This document shows positions 8,839-15,250 of a DNA stretch of 64,000 bases, one piece after another (within the stretch, counting starts at the first letter, position 1; each line of letters starts with the position of its first letter). The notes beneath the pieces were generated by a model. The model made no database searches. It was not told the DNA's origin and was given only the letters and a program-made list of their open reading frames with translations. Source of the stretch: an uncultured Candidatus Saccharibacteria bacterium. Its GTDB lineage: Bacteria; Patescibacteriota; WWE3; UBA101185; UBA10185. Both the position numbers and the translations under genes were made by a program. Location of the stretch: contig CAZSDQ010000001.1 of the NCBI GenBank assembly GCA_964605725.1, positions 12,090 through 76,089 on the forward strand, read 5' to 3'.

Positions 8839-8913
8839 GCGACGGTAGTTCAGTGGTAGAATGTCTCCTTGCCAAGGAGAAGGTCGCCGGTTCGAATCCG
8901 GTCCGTCGCTCCA
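8839..8913 (+). tRNA. tRNA-Gly (anticodon GCC), CCA encoded
   Basis: Acceptor GCGACGG/CCGTCGC, anticodon stem TCTCC/GGAGA with loop TTGCCAA. Confidence 0.9.
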
Positions 8914-8963
8914 AGTTTTTGTTTTGAAAAGGTAACAAGTTAGGTTGTACGTTTTTTAGTTAT

Positions 8964-9038
8964 GCGACGGTAGTTCAGTGGTAGAATGTCTCCCTTCCAA
9001 GGAGAAGGTCGCCGGTTCGAATCCGGTCCGTCGCTCCA
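8964..9038 (+). tRNA. tRNA-Gly (anticodon UCC), CCA encoded
   Basis: Identical to the GCC gene except for the anticodon loop (CTTCCAA). Lies 125 nt downstream in tandem. Confidence 0.9.
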
Positions 9039-9093
9039 CTTTTTTATATAATTTTTTCCAAATAATTAAGGTATAATTGAGGCGTTACATACT

Positions 9094-9167
9094 GGCCTGG
9101 TCGCCAAGTGGTAAGGCAAGGGTCTGCAAAACCCTTATCGCGGGTTCGATTCCCGCCCAGGCCTCCA
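9094..9167 (+). tRNA. tRNA-Cys (anticodon GCA), CCA encoded
   Basis: Acceptor GGCCTGG/CCAGGCC, anticodon stem AGGGT/ACCCT with loop CTGCAAA, T loop TTCGATT. Confidence 0.9.
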
Positions 9168-9214
9168 TATTGCTAAAAGTGTGTAATAATTGGTAGAATT
9201 TAGTGTTTAAACAT

Positions 9215-9290
9215 GGGGCGGTAGCCAAGGTGGTCAAGGCACCGGTCTGAAAAACCGGCTATGTGGGTTCGACTCCCACCCTCCCCACCA
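9215..9290 (+). tRNA. tRNA-Phe (anticodon GAA), CCA encoded
   Basis: Anticodon stem CCGGT/ACCGG with loop CTGAAAA, T arm GTGGG-TTCGACT-CCCAC. The acceptor stem has one C-U mismatch. Confidence 0.8.
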
Positions 9291-9342
9291 AATCCTGATA
9301 TATGTTGTTGTAGCAACTAATTAATTATCTAATAAATAATTT

Positions 9343-9807
9343 TTACTTGACCAATTTCTTCTCCATGCAGACCATCTCTATATCCCCGAATAGTATATTT
9401 TCTAAGGTTTTAAACCCTAAACTAGTATAAAAACGCTTAGCATTTAAAGTAGCGTTTAAAGATATCTTATTTTTGTTATTTTTTATAAATTCCTTTTCAA
9501 TATATCTATACAATTTCTTACCGTAACCTTTTCCTTGATAATCCGGATCTATCTGTATTTGGTAAAGATTCTGATCTTCCAAATCATATTGAGCAAAGCC
9601 AATTATCTTATTGCTCTTTTTAATAATTATCCAAGAAGTGTTATCAAATTGAGATAGCACATTTTTTTCATTAATTTGCCCTAACCATGACTCAATAACT
9701 TTAGGATCGTAGATATCTGCATTAGTTTCTACAATGCATTTTTTATGTATTATTACGATGTTTTTTATATTCTCTTTTTTTGCTTGGGTGATTATTGAAT
9801 TATTCAT
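9343..9807 (-). CDS. GNAT-family N-acetyltransferase
   Basis: Acetyl-CoA binding motif A QIDPDYQGKGYGKKLYRYIE. About 150 aa, typical GNAT size. Confidence 0.8.
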   Translation of the reverse strand: MNNSIITQAKKENIKNIVIIHKKCIVETNADIYDPKVIESWLGQINEKNVLSQFDNTSWIIIKKSNKIIGFAQYDLEDQNLYQIQIDPDYQGKGYGKKLYRYIEKEFIKNNKNKISLNATLNAKRFYTSLGFKTLENILFGDIEMVCMEKKLVK

Positions 9808-9821
9808 TTATATTTAATGAT

Positions 9822-9873
9822 AAAAAAGATGGGGACGATATACATAGAATTAAAATTCATGTTTAAAGTCCCC
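9822..9873 (-). terminator. Hairpin plus T-run after the small peptide ORF (terminator/attenuator candidate)
   Basis: On the minus strand: GGGGAC ... GTCCCC outer stem with inner AACATGAATT/AATTCTATGT pairing, followed by ATCTTTTTT. Confidence 0.45.
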
Positions 9874-9890
9874 TCTGGTTTGGCCAATAA

Positions 9891-10001
9891 TTAATCACCG
9901 TGCTTTTTCTTGCAACCCCCATCTTGCTTACAACATCCAGGATGGGAATGTCCCGTAACACGAGTTTTATTCTTGGGCCAAGTTACTAACACTTTCTTCA
10001 T
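9891..10001 (-). CDS. 36-aa Cys/His/Lys-rich peptide, candidate RiPP precursor
   Basis: My own translation: MKKVLVTWPKNKTRVTGHSHPGCCKQDGGCKKKHGD*. SD AAGGAGAGGAGG then 7 nt then ATG. It starts 28 nt after the rSAM/SPASM stop on the same strand and is followed by a hairpin and T-run. Absent from the ORF track because of its size. Confidence 0.6.
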   Translation of the reverse strand: MKKVLVTWPKNKTRVTGHSHPGCCKQDGGCKKKHGD

Positions 10002-10029
10002 TATGGTACCTCCTCTCCTTCGTCATGAT

Positions 10030-11289
10030 TTAGAATCGGTCTATATCAACCTCATCTATAACGATTGGGGCAATTCTATCATCTGTAGCTATCAACAGCA
10101 ATAGCTCCGGTATTAGCGTGTGTTGAACTACACATGTGAAATTAGATTTTTTAAGTGGAAAACCATTTTTCCAAATACTAGCCATCGGACATCCACCATG
10201 GCATATCATTCTGAGATTGCAGTTTGAACAACCACCTAATTGATTCACAAAGTGTATATCTTCGAGTTTTTTCTTTTTGTTTAAATCAAATACCAAACCA
10301 TTTTCCACCTTACCGTAGATAAAAATATCAGCGTAAGGATCATTAGGTCTTGCAACTTCTACACAAGATGTAATTAGCCCGTGTGGTGTTAAAACTTTAT
10401 TACCGTTTGGCATTCCGCAGTAAAATTCATTGCTAGGCTCTGATAAAAAACCTGTATCTAACGTTATTTTATATCCTTTGTCTGCAATGTGTTTTATTAC
10501 TTCTATCATTGCTCTGGAAAACTTTATTGGATCAGGTTCCATAGACAAATCTGCTCTTGACACATCAGTAGATAGCGCAGGTTCAATTTTTATACTTTTT
10601 ACACCTAAAGAGCTTACTAAATCTACAGTAGATATAAGCGTATCTAATCCTTCTGACGTAACAATACACTGTACTATAACATCTACTCCTGATTGGATTA
10701 ATTTTTTGATGTTTTCAATTACTATACTTGAGGATCCACTACCATCAGCAAAAGGTCTTTGAATATTTTGCCTTACGCCATCAAATGATACACGAACACC
10801 AGCATTATTTTTAATTAGCCATTCACAAGCATTATTTCCGAAAGTTCCATTGCTAACAACGTTAACTTGGACTTCATCAAATAGTGTTTTTGCGTATTCT
10901 ACAATTTCCAAAACCCTTTCGAAGTATAATAAAGGTTCTCCGCCACCCACTAGAAATAAATCGAGATAATCTCCATCAGAGCTCTCTCGTACGGAATTAA
11001 GAGCTTCTTTTGCTGTTTCAAAGGAGATTAACTCCTTTGATTCTCCTCCTCGTGCGTAGCAATATTCACACCTGAGATTACAATCAAAAGTCACTATAAT
11101 TCCTAAGGAGGCGTTGTTCCTTGAGTGTTCATTTATATTTTCAATGGGAACAGAATAAGCCTCGAACATTAAACTTTCTAAATCCTCATCAGTAGCATCT
11201 AATCCAAATAAGATGTTTCCAGGGTAAACAACGGCAAAGTTTCTTATTCCGGGTAATTTAACAACACACACCTCATTTTTCTCAACCAT
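10030..11289 (-). CDS. Radical SAM / SPASM-domain peptide-modifying enzyme (maturase-like)
   Basis: CX3CX2C = CNLRCEYC at about aa 70. C-terminal 7-Cys SPASM pattern: C-x17-C (with G-x4-C), CSNCNLRMICHGGC (C-x2-C-x5-C-x3-C) and a trailing Cys in FTCVV. SD AAGGAGAGAGAA lies upstream. Confidence 0.9.
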   Translation of the reverse strand: MVEKNEVCVVKLPGIRNFAVVYPGNILFGLDATDEDLESLMFEAYSVPIENINEHSRNNASLGIIVTFDCNLRCEYCYARGGESKELISFETAKEALNSVRESSDGDYLDLFLVGGGEPLLYFERVLEIVEYAKTLFDEVQVNVVSNGTFGNNACEWLIKNNAGVRVSFDGVRQNIQRPFADGSGSSSIVIENIKKLIQSGVDVIVQCIVTSEGLDTLISTVDLVSSLGVKSIKIEPALSTDVSRADLSMEPDPIKFSRAMIEVIKHIADKGYKITLDTGFLSEPSNEFYCGMPNGNKVLTPHGLITSCVEVARPNDPYADIFIYGKVENGLVFDLNKKKKLEDIHFVNQLGGCSNCNLRMICHGGCPMASIWKNGFPLKKSNFTCVVQHTLIPELLLLIATDDRIAPIVIDEVDIDRF

Positions 11290-11354
11290 TTCTCTCTCCT
11301 TATTCTAAAGATAATTTTTTATTGGGCTGATTCTACATTATGCTTTAAATAGAA

Positions 11355-11855
11355 TCAAATCATAGTTACTAACCCAATGTTTTTAGGCCCCTCAAAATCA
11401 AAAGTTACTACCTTATATTTCACACCGTTAGATTCGTAGAATTTGGATATTTCACTAATCATTGCATCTCTTCCTAGTTTTTTATTTTGATTCCAAAAAT
11501 TACAACAAGGTATTAAAATTGTATTCGTCCCTAGAGCGGACTTAGCTACTTCAATTGTGGCTTCATCCGGATGTAAACCAATAACTAGATCGTAATAAGA
11601 TGCGTCTTCGGAGGAAAACTCTTCTTGTAAGTTATCAACTCCTAATAGCGGGTATCCTCTGGGGTCAACCACGGTAGATTTATAGTTATATTTTTTATTT
11701 AACACTCTCGATAACATACCTCTTCCTCCGGCAACATCAGCAATATATTCAATGTTTCTTCCAAATGTCTCAAAAACAAAACCAGCCACAACCTCAAATC
11801 TTTGAGGGTCCCCGTGAAATTTATGTCCTTTATATGTACCACCCTTAGTGCTCAT
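11355..11855 (-). CDS. Putative class I SAM-dependent methyltransferase-like protein
   Basis: Rossmann motif I-like IADVAGGRGMLS (DxGxGxG) followed by an acidic loop (VVDPR). 166 aa. The assignment rests on motifs only. Confidence 0.45.
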   Translation of the reverse strand: MSTKGGTYKGHKFHGDPQRFEVVAGFVFETFGRNIEYIADVAGGRGMLSRVLNKKYNYKSTVVDPRGYPLLGVDNLQEEFSSEDASYYDLVIGLHPDEATIEVAKSALGTNTILIPCCNFWNQNKKLGRDAMISEISKFYESNGVKYKVVTFDFEGPKNIGLVTMI

Positions 11856-11861
11856 AGAGGG

Positions 11862-11867
11862 ATTATA
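11862..11867 (-). promoter_or_regulatory. -10 box TATAAT (minus strand) 6 nt upstream of ATG 11855
   Basis: The minus strand reads TAGTATAATCCCTCTATG. No SD is present, which is leaderless geometry. Confidence 0.4.
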
Positions 11868-11900
11868 CTAGAGAAAATGTATTGCTAATAAATTATTAAG

Positions 11901-11933
11901 TTCCCAACAACCTCCCAGATAGTCCACCAAATT
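11901..11933 (+). repeat. 33-nt direct repeat, copy A (intergenic)
   Basis: TTCCCAACAACCTCCCAGATAGTCCACCAAATT. Matches copy B at 32/33 and copy C at 30/33. Confidence 0.85.
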
Positions 11934-11972
11934 ATTGGTATTGCTGTTATAACAATAAATAACATAACCTGA

Positions 11973-11978
11973 TATAAT
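11973..11978 (+). promoter_or_regulatory. -10 box TATAAT 6 nt upstream of ATG 11985
   Basis: GATATAATTTACCCATG with no SD, which is leaderless geometry. Confidence 0.4.
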
Positions 11979-11984
11979 TTACCC

Positions 11985-12539
11985 ATGAAAAAATGGAAAT
12001 TAAAATCATCAAAACCTGTATTTGAATCCAAATGGCTAACAATAAAATCAAATGATTATGAACTACCTAATGGAGATATAGCAAAAGAATACTACCATCT
12101 CTATCGTCCTGATTATGTTTTAGTGATTGCACATATGGATAATAATATTTTAATAGAAAAACAATATCGTAGAGGAGTTGATGATTTTGTTTATGAATTA
12201 CCCGCAGGATGGGTTGATAAAAATGAAACTCCAGAACAAGCTGCAATTAGAGAACTAAAAGAGGAAACAGGATATACTGGAGACGCTACTTTTTTAGGTA
12301 CTCTTTATCCTCAACCCGGTTTTAGTTCTATGCTTGCACATATTGTAGAAATAGAATTAAACGGGACTATTGAGGATAGAAATTTGGAAAAAGATGAAAA
12401 CATTGAATTTGAATTAATGAATATTGAAAAAGTGGATTCGATGATAAGCGAGAATAAATTTCAAGACATGGGTATGCTTGCTGCTCTAAATTTACTCAGA
12501 CAAAAAATTGGTAACAATTCTCAACAACCTCCCAGATAG
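11985..12539 (+). CDS. Nudix hydrolase (ADP-ribose pyrophosphatase-like)
   Basis: Nudix box GWVDKNETPEQAAIRELKEETGY (GX5EX7REUXEEXGU). The last 6 codons and the stop lie inside repeat copy B. Confidence 0.85.
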   Translation: MKKWKLKSSKPVFESKWLTIKSNDYELPNGDIAKEYYHLYRPDYVLVIAHMDNNILIEKQYRRGVDDFVYELPAGWVDKNETPEQAAIRELKEETGYTGDATFLGTLYPQPGFSSMLAHIVEIELNGTIEDRNLEKDENIEFELMNIEKVDSMISENKFQDMGMLAALNLLRQKIGNNSQQPPR

Positions 12540-12550
12540 TCCACCAAATT
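12518..12550 (+). repeat. 33-nt direct repeat, copy B (3' end of the Nudix gene)
   Basis: TTCTCAACAACCTCCCAGATAGTCCACCAAATT. Encodes ..SQQPPR* and extends 11 nt past the stop. Confidence 0.85.
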
Positions 12551-12614
12551 TTTTATTTTATAATAACAGCCAAAAGTAAGTGTAATTTTTGGATAGTGGG
12601 TGGTAAAGTCGAAC

Positions 12615-12623
12615 TGGTATAAT
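12615..12623 (+). promoter_or_regulatory. Extended -10 box TGgTATAAT 6 nt upstream of ATG 12630
   Basis: CTGGTATAATAATTTTATG with no SD. Confidence 0.4.
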
Positions 12624-12629
12624 AATTTT

Positions 12630-13325
12630 ATGACATCTATCGCGGAAATACTTGGACCAGAAAAAGTTGAGGAGCTGACAAGCATACAGTTTGAAACCTC
12701 GGAATCAATACAACCGAAAAGAGATAAATATGAGCCGTATAAGGAAATACTTGAAACAAATAATGGGTTATGTGAACAAATTCAAAGAGTATTCTCACAT
12801 TCTCACATTGTTCCCGCAGTGCACATAACTTCTAGTGCATTTAAAAATGAAATGGGTGAAGTAACCTCTGGATTTTTAGACAATATAGCAGCAAATGGTT
12901 TTAGAGCAAAAGATACGAATGTTGGCGTTTTTATGAAAAGAGAGGGATTACGAGAACCAGCTATACCAGTAAATTTTGTGGAGAGACCAGAGAAATTTTT
13001 AAGAGAGCTTGAGACAATTATAAGACACTATTATCATCATGGAGTACGAACTAATAAGGCATTATTGAGAGATAGTAGAAATATAGGCACAGGTGTTCCC
13101 GTGATGTTATTAATAGATACAAGTAACATAGATTTAGAGCGAGGTAGTGATTACGAGGATCACTATAAACTTGGTACGAGTGCTTCTATCAGTAGGATTG
13201 TTGGAGAAATAGACTTGGAGGGAATTGGAACTGAAATTAGAGAAAAATTACCAGAAATCGCTACTAAATTTTTAGAATTAACTGAGTCTTACCTAGATAA
13301 AACTTCCCAACATCCTCCCAGATAG
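12630..13325 (+). CDS. Hypothetical protein
   Basis: I prefer ATG 12630 (MTSIAEILGPEK...) to the track's GTG 12600 because of the -10 box geometry. I recognise no motif. The last 6 codons and the stop lie inside repeat copy C (..SQHPPR*). Confidence 0.6.
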   Translation: MTSIAEILGPEKVEELTSIQFETSESIQPKRDKYEPYKEILETNNGLCEQIQRVFSHSHIVPAVHITSSAFKNEMGEVTSGFLDNIAANGFRAKDTNVGVFMKREGLREPAIPVNFVERPEKFLRELETIIRHYYHHGVRTNKALLRDSRNIGTGVPVMLLIDTSNIDLERGSDYEDHYKLGTSASISRIVGEIDLEGIGTEIREKLPEIATKFLELTESYLDKTSQHPPR

Positions 13326-13336
13326 TCCACCAGATC
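13304..13336 (+). repeat. 33-nt direct repeat, copy C (3' end of the hypothetical gene)
   Basis: TTCCCAACATCCTCCCAGATAGTCCACCAGATC. Confidence 0.85.
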
Positions 13337-13362
13337 TATCACAAATATTATCTGTGCTTTGC

Positions 13363-13368
13363 TATACT
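13363..13368 (+). promoter_or_regulatory. -10 box TATACT 7 nt upstream of GTG 13376
   Basis: GCTATACTCTCATTAGTG with no SD. Confidence 0.35.
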
Positions 13369-13375
13369 CTCATTA

Positions 13376-14056
13376 GTGAATTTAGAGAAATTAAATATCA
13401 GTAAAAATTCAAAAGTTCTATTTATCTATCCCCATCCAGATGATGAAACCTATTTTAATGCTGGACTGATTCAGAATTTAGTTAAAGAAAATATCACCAC
13501 TAGGATTTTATGTTTAACTAAAGGAGAGGCTTCTTCTCTTAAATATGGGATTAAGCATAATAATTTAGGAGAAATAAGGAAAAAAGAGTTCGAATCGGTC
13601 ATGAAATTTTTAAAAGTTTCTGAACACAAGATTTTAGATTTTGAAGATGGAAATTTAGGTAATGAAAATTCCCTTTCTGAGATACTAGAAAAAGAAATTA
13701 ATTTATTTGAACCTGATGTGGTAATAACTTTCGAACCAAGCGGAGTATATGGGCACAGGGATCATATCGTGGTATCACAGGTTGTGACTGATCTCAAAAA
13801 ACTTAGAAAATTTAATTTAATATATTCTACTGTTCCATTTAATTACCACACCTCCCAAAAAAACTCATTAAATTTTAAAATTGATAGTAAACCGCTAGAA
13901 CCCGATATGATTTTAAAACTGAGTCCAAATGAAGTTGTTAATAAACTAATATGTTTAATAAAATATAAGAGTCAGGTAAACAACGAAAGATTGATTCAAA
14001 TAATCCTAAAGCCTTATTTGTACAAAGAATGCTATTGTATCTACCCAAATCTATAA
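13376..14056 (+). CDS. PIG-L/LmbE-family N-acetylglucosaminyl deacetylase
   Basis: Family motifs YPHPDDETYFNAG and GHRDHIVV (HxDH). Confidence 0.8.
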   Translation: MNLEKLNISKNSKVLFIYPHPDDETYFNAGLIQNLVKENITTRILCLTKGEASSLKYGIKHNNLGEIRKKEFESVMKFLKVSEHKILDFEDGNLGNENSLSEILEKEINLFEPDVVITFEPSGVYGHRDHIVVSQVVTDLKKLRKFNLIYSTVPFNYHTSQKNSLNFKIDSKPLEPDMILKLSPNEVVNKLICLIKYKSQVNNERLIQIILKPYLYKECYCIYPNL

Positions 14057-14129
14057 GTAACGTAAACTTTCGGTGTTTAAAAAATGATAAAATACCTAAT
14101 AATTTTTAATTGCTTTTTTTTAACTCAAC

Positions 14130-15233
14130 ATGATCAATATTAGAAAAAAAAGAATATTTGTATTAGTTCTGATACTCACGATAATAATTTTGAGTTTGAT
14201 TATTTACCTACTCTTTAACAAATTATCTGGCTCGTCTAATCTAAAAGAAGAAACCACCCAAATACCTGAAAAATCAAACTCTTCTTCAGATAGTAATTCT
14301 GAAGATTCTAATACAGAATCAACAGAGGATTATTCTTTTGAAGATCTCACAATTCCTTATCTGCGCTCAAGACAATACACAGGAAAATTAGGTAATTTAG
14401 AAAAATATAGCGAAAACGGCTCTTATACTAGCTATTTAACCAGTTACGATTCCGATGGTTTGCGCATTAACGGTCTTATTACTATCCCGAAGGATGAAAA
14501 ACCTGAAGACGGGTGGCCTGCAATAGTGTTTGTTCACGGTTATATCCCGCCTCAAGACTACCAAACAACTAAAAATTATGAGAGCTATGTTGACTATTTA
14601 GCTAAAAACGGCTTTGTGGTCTTTAAAATCGACCTTAGAGGTCACGGAAAATCAGAAGGTGAGGCCGAGGGCGGTTATTACTCTTCTGGCTACGTAATTG
14701 ATACTTTAAACGCGTATAACGCCCTTCTGACAAGCGATTTTGTAAATCCTGAGAAAGTAGGACTTTGGGGTCATAGTATGGCGGGAAATGTTATTTTTAG
14801 AGCTTTTGTAGCTAAAAAAGACATTAAAGCCATTTCAATTTGGGCTGGGGCAGTTTACACGTATTCGGATTTATCAGAATACGGTATTTCTGATAACAGC
14901 TACAAACCACCTTCTCAAGAATCAGAATCCAGGAAAAAGCGAAACCTGTTATTTGAAAAATACGGTAATTTTGATCCAAATAATGAATTTTGGATGAAGG
15001 TAGTTCCTACAAACTATCTAGGAGGTTTAGATGGGGTAGTTCAAATTAATCACGCAGTGGATGATCCTGTTGTTAGCATTGAATATACAAGAAACTTAAG
15101 CTCTGTTCTTCTTGAAACCACTTTGAAACACGAAATAAACGAATATTCAACCGGCGGACACAATATTTCGGGGTCTTCTTTTGATAAAGCTATGCAAAAT
15201 ACCGTGGATTTTTTTAAGAGAACGTTTGAATAG
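14130..15233 (+). CDS. Alpha/beta hydrolase (S9 peptidase / dienelactone hydrolase-like), membrane anchored
   Basis: N-terminal TM, Ser-rich linker, oxyanion VFVHGY, nucleophile elbow GHSMAG, C-terminal catalytic His region (TGGHN). Confidence 0.75.
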   Translation: MINIRKKRIFVLVLILTIIILSLIIYLLFNKLSGSSNLKEETTQIPEKSNSSSDSNSEDSNTESTEDYSFEDLTIPYLRSRQYTGKLGNLEKYSENGSYTSYLTSYDSDGLRINGLITIPKDEKPEDGWPAIVFVHGYIPPQDYQTTKNYESYVDYLAKNGFVVFKIDLRGHGKSEGEAEGGYYSSGYVIDTLNAYNALLTSDFVNPEKVGLWGHSMAGNVIFRAFVAKKDIKAISIWAGAVYTYSDLSEYGISDNSYKPPSQESESRKKRNLLFEKYGNFDPNNEFWMKVVPTNYLGGLDGVVQINHAVDDPVVSIEYTRNLSSVLLETTLKHEINEYSTGGHNISGSSFDKAMQNTVDFFKRTFE

Positions 15234-15250
15234 TATATAATCCAGTCACT

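Noticed and set aside
9910-10762. ORFs 9910..10104(+) and 10430..10762(+)
   Set aside because: The first is the antisense of the SD-led 36-aa peptide ORF and the rSAM 3' end. The second is antisense within the rSAM gene. Neither has a translation signal.
8839-13336. Possible CRISPR array suggested by the repeated sequences (125-nt tandem tRNA-Gly unit; 33-nt direct repeats)
   Set aside because: The tRNA repeat units are genes. The 33-nt repeats are 617 and 786 nt apart and enclose whole protein genes, with no short uniform spacers and no cas genes. This is not CRISPR.
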